Below, in pieces: positions 8,120-18,569 of a stretch of DNA of 64,000 nt. The notes below the pieces were generated by a model. That model was not told where the DNA came from. It saw nothing but the letters and a program-made list of their open reading frames with translations, and searched no databases. Origin of the DNA: a virus. Taxonomy: Duplodnaviria; Caudoviricetes. Every line of letters begins with the position of its first letter. Position 1 is the stretch's first letter. The stretch lies in the IMG/VR virus record IMGVR_UViG_3300048854_000081, positions 224,001-288,000 of that record. One strand, written 5' to 3'. The translations under genes were made by a program, and so were the position numbers.

Positions 8120-8596
8120 ATGGATGAAATGTCAGAATGGGAATTAAATATATCAGCATCTTTAGCCGCTGAAATCGTAGCTGAAGTTGACAAGGTATTC
8201 AAGAATGAATTGGCCGACATAATGCATAAACAATTAAAATCTGATATGAAAGATATTGGATTCAATCTTCAATCCATTTACGATATGTTTATCCATAAGG
8301 AATTTTACACTCTTAAGTTTGAAATAAGTATTGTGCGTGAAAACCGTGAATATACTATCTATCTTCAGTCATATGATAGAAGACTTAGAATTGAGCACGG
8401 TAAAATTACCTTATCAGAAACAGAGCAATCTGCGGTTGAGGCTAAGGAAATTGTCCAAGAACGTTTTAATATTCTCATTAAAGAAAACCCGGATCAATAT
8501 AAGAAATTGTTCAATGATCTAATGGCTTCAATTGAAAATTCTTCACGACAATCATTAGATGAACTGTTTTACGGTACTGTAAGTTACATGAACTGA
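8120..8596 (+). CDS. Hypothetical protein
   Basis: 158-aa ORF coupled to acb2. Confidence 0.6.
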   Translation: MDEMSEWELNISASLAAEIVAEVDKVFKNELADIMHKQLKSDMKDIGFNLQSIYDMFIHKEFYTLKFEISIVRENREYTIYLQSYDRRLRIEHGKITLSETEQSAVEAKEIVQERFNILIKENPDQYKKLFNDLMASIENSSRQSLDELFYGTVSYMN

Positions 8597-8615
8597 CCAA
8601 AATCATCCCACCATC

Positions 8616-8639
8616 AAACCGCCCTTGTGGCGGTTTTTT
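8616..8639 (+). terminator. Intrinsic terminator
   Basis: AAACCGCC-CTTGT-GGCGGTTTTTT. Confidence 0.85.
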
Positions 8640-8775
8640 GTTGCCTAAAATTTGAGATATCAAAGACTTACAGAAATTTTTCAAAATGGGACCAATTTTT
8701 ATGAATATTTTTTCCTTATAAATCAAGCACTTAGATGGGTGCTGTGATGGAAATGTAAAAAATATTTCAACCCTA

Positions 8776-8782
8776 CTAAATA
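8776..8782 (+). promoter_or_regulatory. T4-type late promoter ([A/C]TAAATA) of the head operon
   Basis: CTAAATA about 40 nt before gp22; the motif recurs before most structural genes. Confidence 0.65.
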
Positions 8783-8823
8783 ATATTTGCAAATTTTAAA
8801 TAATTATTTACGGGAGTGCCTTG

Positions 8824-9753
8824 ATGGACGAATTATTGAAAAAGCTGATGGAATCGGAAGTTTTGTCCGATGAATCAAAGACCGAACTAACCGAAGCCTT
8901 TCAGGCCAAGATTGCTGAAGCTGTAGAGCTAGCAACCAAGGAAACTGAAGTCAAGGTTCGTGCTGAATTGACCGAACAGTTTGTAGAAGAAAAGCAGGCA
9001 ATTGTAGAAGCCCTAGATACTAAGGCCGAACAGTTCCTACGTACGCATCTTGAAGAACTTCAAGAAGACATTGCTACCTTCCGTGATCTAGAAGCCGATT
9101 TCGCCGCTCGTTTGGTAGAAGAAAAGCAGGCAATTGCTGAAACTGTTAAGCGTGACATGGCCGAACTAATCGACCAGCTAGATGCATTTAATACCCAGTG
9201 CCTAGAAGAAGAATTTGCCGAACTAGAAGACTCCATTAAGGAAGTCAAGCAACTACAGTTCGGTAAGGAAATCTTCGAAGCCGTAGCAAAGACCTTCGAA
9301 TCGAAGTTCACTGATAGCAACGAAACTCTAAACCAGTTGAAGGAAGCTAAGGCTGAACTAGAACAGACGCAGGTAACTCTTGCTGAAGTAAACAAGTCTC
9401 TACACGCTGTGAAGCGTGACCAGAAGTTGAGCGAAGTCCTAGAGCCTCTACAGGGTCTATCTCGCGAAATCATGGAAACCATCTTGAAGACTGCTCCTAC
9501 GGAGAAGTTGGAAGAAACCTATGAGAAGTTCATAGGCCGTGTTCTGCACGATGCAAGTAATAAAAAGTCGGAGAAGGAAAGTGCTCAGGCATCTGTACTA
9601 GCCGAAGGAAATGAAGAAACCGTAGTTACTGAAGGTACCGTTGTTGTTACGGGTGATACCCCAGCAATTAATGAAACTGAAGTAACAGACCGCGCAAAAC
9701 TATCTGAGTCGGTATTAAGCCGCTTGAATAAGCTTGCCGGTATTGATGACTAA
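8824..9753 (+). CDS. Prohead core scaffold protein (T4 gp22-like)
   Basis: Acidic coiled coil directly upstream of the major capsid gene; many L-x-E protease-type sites. Confidence 0.8.
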   Translation: MDELLKKLMESEVLSDESKTELTEAFQAKIAEAVELATKETEVKVRAELTEQFVEEKQAIVEALDTKAEQFLRTHLEELQEDIATFRDLEADFAARLVEEKQAIAETVKRDMAELIDQLDAFNTQCLEEEFAELEDSIKEVKQLQFGKEIFEAVAKTFESKFTDSNETLNQLKEAKAELEQTQVTLAEVNKSLHAVKRDQKLSEVLEPLQGLSREIMETILKTAPTEKLEETYEKFIGRVLHDASNKKSEKESAQASVLAEGNEETVVTEGTVVVTGDTPAINETEVTDRAKLSESVLSRLNKLAGIDD

Positions 9754-9780
9754 TTTTGGCTAACCACAGGAGATATTGAA

Positions 9781-11184
9781 ATGGCTGAAGACTTAAAACT
9801 ATTGACCGAAAATTGGAGCGAAACAAAGGCCGCTCTAACCCAAGGTCTTCCAAAATCCAAGGTAGGTATCGTCGAGACCGTTCTAGAAAACGCTCGTAAG
9901 AACCTTCTTGAAACTGCAACTCCGGGTGCTATCGGTGCTGGCGACATTGCCAACTTCCGTAAGACTCTACTTCCACTTATCCGTCGTGTGATTCCGGGTA
10001 CAATTGCTACCGAAATCGTTGGTGTTCAGCCAATGTCCGGTCCAGTTGCTCAGATTTTCACCCTTCGTTATAAGTACGAAGAAAACATGGCTCATGATGA
10101 CACCCGTTCGCAGTTCGGTGGTTATGACATCGTAGCTGGTGACGAAATGTTTGGTAATGCCAAGCCTGTCCGTCAGTTCTACTCTGGTAACACAGGCGTA
10201 GCTCAGGCTGCTGGTGCTTCTGGTTTTGCTGCTGCTGGTACAGACGGCACTTCCGAGCCTGCTAACATCACTGGCACTGCCACTGGTGAAGGTTGGGCTT
10301 CTGATCCAAACGTAACACATTACGACACAGGTACCACGCTTTACGGTAACCCAGTCGGTGGTTCGCTATACGGTGGTAACGGTTCGTTCCTAGAAGGTTC
10401 TGGTGGTCGTAAGGCTTCGCTAGAATTGATTTCTCAGGCTATCGAAGCTAAGTCCCGTAAGCTACAGGCTTCATGGACAATCGAAGCTATGCAGGACTTG
10501 AACAGCCAGCATGGTCTAGATATCGAAACCGAAATGACCAAGGGTATCTCGGCTGAAATCGTACAGGAAGTTGACGCTGAAGTTATCAACGACTTGCTAG
10601 CTCTTGCTGGTACAGTTCGCGTATTTGACCTTGCTGCTACATCTGGTACTGCCTATTCGCCAACCTTCATCGGTGACCGTCTAGCTGGTCTAGGTCCAGT
10701 GATCAATGCCGTTGCTAACGAAATCGCTCGTAAGACCCGTCGTGGTGCTGGCAACTTCATCGTTGTCTCCCCAATGATCGTGTCTGCTCTACAGAGCGCT
10801 GCTAAGTCCGTGTTTGCTCCTGCTGTTGAGGGTTCGTTCAAGTCCCCAACTAACACCTACCTAGCTGGTACACTAAACGGTAACATCAAGGTTTACTCCT
10901 ACTTGTGGAATCAGGCTCAGCCGGGTTCTTCGGCTCCTGCCGGTACTGACAAGATTCTTGTCGGTTACAAGGGTGGTAATGGCGAAACTGACGCAGGTTA
11001 CTTCTACTGCCCATACATCCCATTGATGTCAACTGGTACCATCATCAACCCAGTAACAATGCAGCCAGTAGTAAGCTTGATGACTCGCTATGGTAAGGCT
11101 ATCTTCACTGATACCCGCACCTCGCTAGGTAACTCGGCTGACTACTACGGTAAGATCAACGTTGTGAACCTAGACTTCGTTTAA
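9781..11184 (+). CDS. Major capsid protein (T4 gp23-like)
   Basis: IVGVQPMSGP, AKSRKLQASWT.E..QDL, RRGAGNF, GYFYCPYIPL, TRYG. Confidence 0.97.
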   Translation: MAEDLKLLTENWSETKAALTQGLPKSKVGIVETVLENARKNLLETATPGAIGAGDIANFRKTLLPLIRRVIPGTIATEIVGVQPMSGPVAQIFTLRYKYEENMAHDDTRSQFGGYDIVAGDEMFGNAKPVRQFYSGNTGVAQAAGASGFAAAGTDGTSEPANITGTATGEGWASDPNVTHYDTGTTLYGNPVGGSLYGGNGSFLEGSGGRKASLELISQAIEAKSRKLQASWTIEAMQDLNSQHGLDIETEMTKGISAEIVQEVDAEVINDLLALAGTVRVFDLAATSGTAYSPTFIGDRLAGLGPVINAVANEIARKTRRGAGNFIVVSPMIVSALQSAAKSVFAPAVEGSFKSPTNTYLAGTLNGNIKVYSYLWNQAQPGSSAPAGTDKILVGYKGGNGETDAGYFYCPYIPLMSTGTIINPVTMQPVVSLMTRYGKAIFTDTRTSLGNSADYYGKINVVNLDFV

Positions 11185-11210
11185 TCGAACCAAGTTGTAC
11201 AGTAACAAAA

Positions 11211-11240
11211 AGAAACCCCGCGAAAGCGGGGTTTTTCTTT
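11211..11240. terminator. Bidirectional intrinsic terminator
   Basis: AGAAACCCCGC-GAAA-GCGGGGTTTTT between convergent genes. Confidence 0.9.
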
Positions 11241-12720
11241 ATACGAGGTATCCATGTTGTTTCAATAGAATATTCATGTTAGCTTTGGGGATCGATGATC
11301 CAAAAGCCCTGTAGAATTTTGTAGATAATAGCATACCATACGCCAAAGAGAAGGTGAAAGGATTGGTGCTGACCGTATTGAAGTATTGATTATAGCGATC
11401 AATCATTCCATTAATCTTATTAAATCCGTCCTTCATTTCCGTAGTAAATGTTTTACATCCGCCTTGGGTTCTGAACCACGTACTCAAATAAACACCTAAA
11501 TATTTGACAATTAAGGTTTCATCGATGTCAGTACTATCGAACGATGCTGCGATAAATTGTGTAGCCCACTGTTTTCGCCTGTAGGTATTGTCTAGTGTAT
11601 CTTTCGATCTGGTGTCAAACCAAACATCATCCACAAAATCATCAGCCATAGGCAATGCCGAAACAGTACCGGGAGTTTGAAGCTGACCAATCGTTCGCTT
11701 GTAAGCTGTCACGGCACTCTTCAATTCCTTGTAGGCAACATTTGTTAAACCACCTGTCTTAACGATTTGTTCGATCTGTGGAAAGGTTGTGGCAAACAAA
11801 GTTTTGTTTTTCAATACATCACTACGGAACTTCTTGTTTGTACCCATCAGCTTAGCAAAAATCTCAGGTGGGAAGTAAGGAACGCATACTTCCATGGTAT
11901 TAGGGTTCTTGAGGATGAGGTCACCGACTGCTGAATAAAAATTAGAATTATTCAGAGCCGTGGTTAGTGCTTCGTAATTCTTGGTATCCATGATTTCCTT
12001 GAATCGAGTAGTATACGAACCACTACGAAGTTGGTCAATCAAGGTTTTGGAAGTGATCGTCTTAGGAAGAACGTCATCGACATCACCGCCCGCATTGACG
12101 AACATGTCTAGGATGTAGTCCAGACGACGCGGAGAAACATGCTTACGATGTTCTAACGGGATGGTGTTCCACCATTCAATAGCAACCTTCGCAGTTGTTG
12201 CACCATACTTCATGCTGAAGAACTGTAAGCTTGGCTTGTTTTCAACATCTACGATGACCTGAAAGCGATCTAGCTGGGCTGGATCAAGCTTCTCGACATC
12301 ATAGACCATAGTCGTGTCATCTTCATCATCTGGATTGATAGCCGCCCAAATAACTTTAAGATTATTGAACTTCTTACCATTGATGGATTTGAACTGAATC
12401 AGTTCCATGACAGCATTGCGCACTTTCTTAGCTGAGCGGTTAAACTCATCAAAGAAGATAGCTTCAACTTCATCATTCTGAAAAGCTTGTGGACGGACTA
12501 GACCAAGGTACTTGTTACCATTCTCATCAGTCATTTCCTTGGGAACACCAATGAAATCAACCCACGGGTCCATCGTCGATGCACTGAAATATAACCATTT
12601 CATCCCATTACGGGTGAATGCCTCTGTGATCATAGCCGTCTTGCCGACGCCATGTCCACCCTTCATTAATACGTTGTAATTGTTCTTTAACCAGAAATCT
12701 AACTTTTGTTCTGTAATCAT
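11239..12720 (-). CDS. MoxR-like AAA+ ATPase
   Basis: Walker A GGHGVGKT, Walker B FFDEFNR, AAINP, LDPAQLDRF. Confidence 0.88.
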   Translation of the reverse strand: MITEQKLDFWLKNNYNVLMKGGHGVGKTAMITEAFTRNGMKWLYFSASTMDPWVDFIGVPKEMTDENGNKYLGLVRPQAFQNDEVEAIFFDEFNRSAKKVRNAVMELIQFKSINGKKFNNLKVIWAAINPDDEDDTTMVYDVEKLDPAQLDRFQVIVDVENKPSLQFFSMKYGATTAKVAIEWWNTIPLEHRKHVSPRRLDYILDMFVNAGGDVDDVLPKTITSKTLIDQLRSGSYTTRFKEIMDTKNYEALTTALNNSNFYSAVGDLILKNPNTMEVCVPYFPPEIFAKLMGTNKKFRSDVLKNKTLFATTFPQIEQIVKTGGLTNVAYKELKSAVTAYKRTIGQLQTPGTVSALPMADDFVDDVWFDTRSKDTLDNTYRRKQWATQFIAASFDSTDIDETLIVKYLGVYLSTWFRTQGGCKTFTTEMKDGFNKINGMIDRYNQYFNTVSTNPFTFSLAYGMLLSTKFYRAFGSSIPKANMNILLKQHGYLV

Positions 12721-12789
12721 AGCCCTTCACTTGTTTTATGGTGTGATACAACCTATACTGTAGCACGTCCAAACGAGATAATTCAACCG

Positions 12790-14010
12790 ATGGTTACAGA
12801 AATCAGTACAGAAGAGTACATGGAGTTAACTAACGTACTCAAACATCACCACAACATTTTCTACAAGATGTGGCTACTTGGTAGACCACAATACGACGAC
12901 ACTCTCAAGACTGCTGCGGTTACCTTCGATAGAGAAGGCCATTGTATCCGGTTCTCAGTTAACCCCACGTTTTGGGCTGACAAGACTCTGGTACAGAAGG
13001 CATTCATTATCTCACATGAGTGCCAACATGTCATTCGTGAGCATGGAAGTCGATTCATAAAAGGTAACCATGATGTCGCCAACGTTGCAATGGATATCAC
13101 GATCAATCACGATCTGGTGAAATATTACGAATTCGTTCGTAGCGAAATCGATCCTGAAAGTAACTACTGCTGGATCGATACCATATTCAAAGACCCATCC
13201 AAGGTCTTATCCGATCAATCGTTTGAATACTATTACAATTTACTAATCAACGATCCAGAAAATTCCAATACTGCTAACCTCGTAGATGACCATGAGGGAT
13301 TCGGTGAGCTAAGCCATTCAGATGCCGAGGCAATCGCTGATATCATACAGGACCAATTCTCTCCGGATGAACTGGATGAAGCGCAAAAGATCAAGACGGA
13401 TGCTGGTCATGGTCCGGGTGGTCGTTCTACAATTGTAGATAATAAGCCTCCGGTCATTAAGAAAAAATGGGAGACGGTCGTAAAGAATTGGAGTAAGAAG
13501 TATCTAATTCCTAAGGAAAAGGAAGAGTCGCAATGGGTTCATGCTCATCGCCGTCATTCTCTATTGGATGATGGTCTGTTTCTTCCTTCCGATATGGAAG
13601 TAGACCTTCATGATATTGATAAGACCAAGATCGACGTTCTATTCTTTTTGGATACGTCAGGGTCATGTAGGCATCTAGCACAGCGTTTCTTTACGGCAGC
13701 AAAGTCATTGGACCCAAGGCGATTCGAACTCCATCTGTATTGTTTCGATACAAAGGTTTATCCTACGACATTGGAGTCCAGAAAGCTTTACGGATTCGGT
13801 GGTACATATTTTCATCCTATTGGTTATGTAGTCGAACACATGATTAAGGCAAAGCAACTTAAGGATTATGTGGTCTTCGTTCTAACCGATGGGGATGGAA
13901 GTAACCTAACAATGCGTGATCCGAGCAAGTGGCATTGGTTCCTATCTACAAATTATACGAATTACATTCCGAAGGGATGTAATATCCACAAATTATCTAA
14001 TTACGAATAA
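12790..14010 (+). CDS. Metallopeptidase-like (HExxH) plus VWA domain protein, probable MoxR partner
   Basis: HECQH, NVAMD..IN, MIDAS DTSGS, GFGGT, LTDG. Confidence 0.85.
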   Translation: MVTEISTEEYMELTNVLKHHHNIFYKMWLLGRPQYDDTLKTAAVTFDREGHCIRFSVNPTFWADKTLVQKAFIISHECQHVIREHGSRFIKGNHDVANVAMDITINHDLVKYYEFVRSEIDPESNYCWIDTIFKDPSKVLSDQSFEYYYNLLINDPENSNTANLVDDHEGFGELSHSDAEAIADIIQDQFSPDELDEAQKIKTDAGHGPGGRSTIVDNKPPVIKKKWETVVKNWSKKYLIPKEKEESQWVHAHRRHSLLDDGLFLPSDMEVDLHDIDKTKIDVLFFLDTSGSCRHLAQRFFTAAKSLDPRRFELHLYCFDTKVYPTTLESRKLYGFGGTYFHPIGYVVEHMIKAKQLKDYVVFVLTDGDGSNLTMRDPSKWHWFLSTNYTNYIPKGCNIHKLSNYE

Positions 14011-14092
14011 ATAAATACCCTTAAATCTCCTAATTATAAATGCACATTTCATAAATAATATGAAATCAACATTTATCCTTAGGAGATTTTAA

Positions 14093-16228
14093 ATGGCAAG
14101 TACCTTAGTTTCGCCGGGTGTAACCTCTACGCTAATAGATCAAAGCTTCTATGTTAGCGGTCAGGCTGCAACTGTCCCTCTTATCTTTATCGCAACTGCT
14201 GACGAAAAGTTTCAGGCAGATGGTGTTACCCCAGCTTTGGGTACGTTTGAATACGGTGTTCTACGTGAAGTAACCTCCGTTCAGCAAGCACTTCAGTTGT
14301 ACGGTATTCCTCGTTATCTAACCGATGCAATGGGTAATCCATTCCACGGTGATAGCCGCAGTGAATTCGGCCTAGACGCTCTTATCAAGGTTCTAGGTGT
14401 TGGTAGCCGTGCCTACGTTGTCCGCGCTAACGTTAACCTTGACGATGACATTGATTCCCTAAAGTCTCTTTGGGATCGCAAGACCACTGATGCTGCTGAT
14501 TATCTAAGCACTCTAGTTCAGATGTTCATTCAACAGTTCAATGCTGAGAACATGCTAGTTCCTTCGGATGCTGATTACAAGCAGACCGTAACTGGTTCAG
14601 AATTACAGAATCTAGTTAGCGAAGCAATGAGCGAAACTTTCGCTTCGTATTCGTTTAGCTCACAGGTTTTCCAGAACGCTTTCATTCAGGATCACACCAT
14701 TGCTCATCCGGGTTATCAGGATGTTCTATTCGATTCCTCGCATGGCTACATTAGCCTAGCTGACGTAACTGGTTTGGTTCCTACCACTCACTACGCTGCT
14801 GACATCGAAGTCGTTTCTGGTTCTGGTACCAACACATTCCACGTTACTATCCTAGGCAATCAGGCTACCACATTCGGTGACCTAGTTGCTCTATTGAATG
14901 CTCAGTTCGGTTCGGCTGCAACGGTTTCACTACTTAACGGTAGACTAAGAACCACCTCCACGTTGGACGGTGTAACTTCGCACGTTGAAATCCTAACTGA
15001 TGGTCCAAGTGGTGCAAGTCCTCTATTTGCTAGCTTGAATCTATACAAGAGCATTGACGTTTCTGTTGACGGTACTGGTGCTACTGCACTTAATGTGTAT
15101 GACCCAACCTACACCACCATCGTAGGCGTCTACGACGGCCTAGACGGCATGATCAACAACTGGACCAGCGGTAACCTTGTTCCAGACGAGTTCACTGCTG
15201 CTGAAGCTGAGGGCCTATTGCTGGCTGCTGTTGGTGACTTCGAAGACACCAAGGAATTCTTGGTTAACACTTCCCTAGGTTCGAATGATGCTGCACGTCG
15301 TGCTGCTATCGTTAAGCAACTACAGGCTGTGGTCAACGATCCAACCACTGGCGTAACCGGTGAAAACATTCTTTATGATCTAGTTGCATGTCCGGGTTAT
15401 TGGGAAGTAACCAACGAGTTGGTAACTCTATCCCAGTCCATCCGTGGCGAAGTTTTCGTTATCGGTGAAACCCCATACGACAAGCCAGCCTTGGGTCCAA
15501 ACGGCATCACCATTTGGGCTACTACTGTAAACCGTGTAAACAACTATTTGGATGGCTATTGGTATGGGCATGGTCTATCGTCTAACATCGACGGTGCTAC
15601 CATCCTAACCACCTCTGCTGCAACGGCTCTAAGAACCATTGTATACAGTGATAGCGTTGCTGAGAAGTGGTATGCCCCTGCTGGTACGTCTCGTGGTACC
15701 TGCCCACACCTATCCGACATCGGTTATGTGAGTGGTACTCTAGGTGGCGTGACAACCTTTACAAGTGATTACTTGGATCAGGGTACTCGTGATTCCCTAT
15801 ACGAATTCCCTAAGAACATCAACCCAATCACTTATATTCCGGGTCGCGGCATCTTGGTCATGGGTCAGAAGTCTTCCAGCCCAGCTACATCGGCTTTGGA
15901 TCGTATTAACGTAGTTCGTCTATCGTTGTACATTCAGCGCCAGATGCGTATGGCCCTATTCCCATTCCTATTCGAACCAAACGATAAGAAGACTTGGGAT
16001 AGCGTTAAGTATGTTGCTGATACCTTCCTAAACGGTTTGGTACAGCGTAGAGGTCTATACGACTTTATCACGATTTGTGACACTACCAACAACACCAGCG
16101 GTGAAATTGATAACAATGAATTGCACTTGGATATCTACATCAAGCCAACCAAGGCAGTTGAATTTATCTACGTTGACATCACCTTGGTCAACACTGGTAC
16201 GGACTTTACACAAATCAAGGGCGCGTAA
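14093..16228 (+). CDS. Tail sheath protein (gp18-like)
   Basis: LVSPGV, WYAPAG..RG, INPI, SALDRINVVRL, FEPND; ATAAATA at 14051. Confidence 0.95.
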   Translation: MASTLVSPGVTSTLIDQSFYVSGQAATVPLIFIATADEKFQADGVTPALGTFEYGVLREVTSVQQALQLYGIPRYLTDAMGNPFHGDSRSEFGLDALIKVLGVGSRAYVVRANVNLDDDIDSLKSLWDRKTTDAADYLSTLVQMFIQQFNAENMLVPSDADYKQTVTGSELQNLVSEAMSETFASYSFSSQVFQNAFIQDHTIAHPGYQDVLFDSSHGYISLADVTGLVPTTHYAADIEVVSGSGTNTFHVTILGNQATTFGDLVALLNAQFGSAATVSLLNGRLRTTSTLDGVTSHVEILTDGPSGASPLFASLNLYKSIDVSVDGTGATALNVYDPTYTTIVGVYDGLDGMINNWTSGNLVPDEFTAAEAEGLLLAAVGDFEDTKEFLVNTSLGSNDAARRAAIVKQLQAVVNDPTTGVTGENILYDLVACPGYWEVTNELVTLSQSIRGEVFVIGETPYDKPALGPNGITIWATTVNRVNNYLDGYWYGHGLSSNIDGATILTTSAATALRTIVYSDSVAEKWYAPAGTSRGTCPHLSDIGYVSGTLGGVTTFTSDYLDQGTRDSLYEFPKNINPITYIPGRGILVMGQKSSSPATSALDRINVVRLSLYIQRQMRMALFPFLFEPNDKKTWDSVKYVADTFLNGLVQRRGLYDFITICDTTNNTSGEIDNNELHLDIYIKPTKAVEFIYVDITLVNTGTDFTQIKGA

Positions 16229-16250
16229 CTTGGTCGGATGTTTCGACTAT

Positions 16251-16283
16251 AAGGCTGGTGATCATTCACCAGCCTTATTTTTT
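16251..16283 (+). terminator. Intrinsic terminator
   Basis: AAGGCTGGTGA-TCAT-TCACCAGCCTT then ATTTTTT. Confidence 0.85.
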
Positions 16284-16300
16284 ATCTAAAATTTAGGAGT

Positions 16301-16708
16301 ATGATTATGACAGCACGCGGAATTCGCAATAACAATCCGGGTAACATTAGAAAAGGCCAAGATTGGCAGGGTGAAGCTAAGGTTCAAGACGACGCTAGTT
16401 TTGAAGTCTTTGAATCGCCAGAGTATGGCATAAGAGCTATTGCTAAGATTATGCTATCTTACAACAAGCGTAACATCAATACAGTTACTAACGTTATTCA
16501 CACTTGGGCACCACCCAATGAAAATGACACCACCGCTTACATTAATGCTGTAGCCAAGAGCATCGGTTGTGCTCCGGATGCAGTGTTGGATATGCATGAT
16601 TCTACCGTCATGTTGAAACTCGTTAAGGCTATCATCACTCATGAGAATGGACAACAGCCTTACTCAGATGATATAATCTTAAAGGGAATCAACATGGCCT
16701 TTCAATGA
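16301..16708 (+). CDS. Lysozyme-like virion/lysis protein (RNNNPGNI family)
   Basis: RGIRNNNPGNIR, F.SPEYGIRA, WAP..ENDT.AY, HENG. Confidence 0.8.
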   Translation: MIMTARGIRNNNPGNIRKGQDWQGEAKVQDDASFEVFESPEYGIRAIAKIMLSYNKRNINTVTNVIHTWAPPNENDTTAYINAVAKSIGCAPDAVLDMHDSTVMLKLVKAIITHENGQQPYSDDIILKGINMAFQ

Positions 16709-17703
16709 TCAATACACAATTACATAAAGATATCATTATAGCCGGAGCATTAGGTGATGCTTTCGGCTATTTTGTTGAGTTCGATCCGATTACTTGGATT
16801 GAAGAGAAGTATCCTACGTTTACCGTAGAACGGCTAGCTAAACAACATAGTAAATGGAAAGCATCAGACGACACGCAGATGACTCTATTTTGTTTGGATG
16901 CTATCGCAGAATATTTACCAAGCAGAACCAACCAAGAATTTATTAACGATAAAATTTATCAGGGATATAGTGATTGGTTACTGACTCAGGAATCGTCGAT
17001 AAAGAATCATGATGCAGCTAAAGATTATGATGGATTACTTGGGTTTCAATCTATGTGGGCACTGGAAGCACCCGGAACGACATGCTTAGATTCCTTACGT
17101 AATCGTCCAATGGGAACCATTGAAAAGCACGTTAACGGTTCTAAGGGATGTGGTGGTATTATGCGTGCCGCACCAATCGCTTTCATACCTTATTACTGTC
17201 AGGAAGAAATCTTTAATTTAGCGGCAAGCCAAGCTGCACAAACGCATGGTCATCCTAATGGATACTTATCTGCTGGGTATTTTGCTGCATTGTTATGGAG
17301 TCAGATGAAAGGATTCAACTATTTTCAGACTAAGGACAGTCTGGATTCTATTCTTAAAACTTATGAAGGTCATGAAAGCCTACTAGCTTACATAAACAAT
17401 CTAGATACATGGTTGGCTGACACCAGTGTTACACTAAAGAAAAGAAATCTTAATGCATGTCTTGGTGAAGGTTGGGTTGGTGACGAAGCATTGTGCATTG
17501 CTATCTATTGTGCCTATCGTTACGACACGTTAGAAGAAGTCATGGAATGGTCTGCTAATCATAATGGTGACTCGGACTCTACGGCATCACTAGCTGCCCA
17601 ACTATTCACCGCTCGGGTGGGTGGTCTTACCGATGAACAACGTTCGATGTTTGATAAGCTATCCATCAAGGATGCTATGCAATACGTTTTCGACAAAATT
17701 TGA
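16705..17703 (+). CDS. ADP-ribosylglycohydrolase (ARH/DraG family)
   Basis: GALGDAFG, SDDTQMT, GCGGIMRAAP, THGH, GDSDST. Confidence 0.92.
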   Translation: MINTQLHKDIIIAGALGDAFGYFVEFDPITWIEEKYPTFTVERLAKQHSKWKASDDTQMTLFCLDAIAEYLPSRTNQEFINDKIYQGYSDWLLTQESSIKNHDAAKDYDGLLGFQSMWALEAPGTTCLDSLRNRPMGTIEKHVNGSKGCGGIMRAAPIAFIPYYCQEEIFNLAASQAAQTHGHPNGYLSAGYFAALLWSQMKGFNYFQTKDSLDSILKTYEGHESLLAYINNLDTWLADTSVTLKKRNLNACLGEGWVGDEALCIAIYCAYRYDTLEEVMEWSANHNGDSDSTASLAAQLFTARVGGLTDEQRSMFDKLSIKDAMQYVFDKI

Positions 17704-17749
17704 AAATCAGTAATCAGGATCGATAAATATTCGTAAGAAGAAAGATGAT

Positions 17750-18184
17750 ATGATTACTTTAGAACGTTTCGCCTACACACCTATGGGCACTTTCGGTCGT
17801 TTGACGTATGGTGACTTTTCATGCTATACGGTCGAAAGACCATGGGATAACAATAATAACAAAGTGAGTTGCATTCCAGAGGGAATGTATACTATACAGA
17901 AATACACATCGCCGAAGTTTGGTAGTGTGTATGCTGTGTTAGGTGAGACTGTTTCTTTATTTCCGGACACAACTCACAAGCGTTCTGCCGTCTTGATTCA
18001 TCCGGCAAATGTCATGTCTGATCTAGAAGGATGCATTGGTTTGGGTGACTCGTTAGGGTACGTAAAGAGTCAATGGGGAGTTCTTAATAGTGCCGTTACG
18101 CTCAAGGCATTCTTCTCTAAGTTAGGTTCGCTAGACAATATCCCCTTAAACATTACATTCAAAACGGTTGTCACCAAAGTATAA
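17750..18184 (+). CDS. DUF5675-like protein (possible peptidoglycan-acting enzyme)
   Basis: T.G.L, CYTVE.PW..N....SCIP.G.Y, LIHPAN...D.EGCI. Confidence 0.75.
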   Translation: MITLERFAYTPMGTFGRLTYGDFSCYTVERPWDNNNNKVSCIPEGMYTIQKYTSPKFGSVYAVLGETVSLFPDTTHKRSAVLIHPANVMSDLEGCIGLGDSLGYVKSQWGVLNSAVTLKAFFSKLGSLDNIPLNITFKTVVTKV

Positions 18185-18185
18185 T

Positions 18186-18509
18186 ATGAAAAGTAATTTG
18201 TCTTTTAAAGAGTATCTTGAAGAGAAGAGCAGATTGAAGATGGCCGGTGAAAACTGCCCACGAATAAAGTATCTGTATGAAGTAAGAAAGTATTGTAAGA
18301 TTCCATTACATGATGGGATCAACGAAGAAAAAACCTACATATCTTTAAAACCTAAAGATAGTATTGAAATTCTATGGGAATATGAATCCATAGAACATCC
18401 AACCCCAAAGCAAATCACCCTGACATTCGATAACGATCAGGTAATGTATTTCACTTGGTCTAATGCCAAGGTGTCCAAATGGGTTGAGTCCTCTATTTAT
18501 AAATTATAA
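18186..18509 (+). CDS. Hypothetical protein
   Basis: ORF beginning MKSNLSFKEYLEE. Confidence 0.6.
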   Translation: MKSNLSFKEYLEEKSRLKMAGENCPRIKYLYEVRKYCKIPLHDGINEEKTYISLKPKDSIEILWEYESIEHPTPKQITLTFDNDQVMYFTWSNAKVSKWVESSIYKL

Positions 18510-18569
18510 AAGCCTGAAATCGTCTGCAAACCAATAAATAGTAACATATAAACGGACACAGACGGGAAA

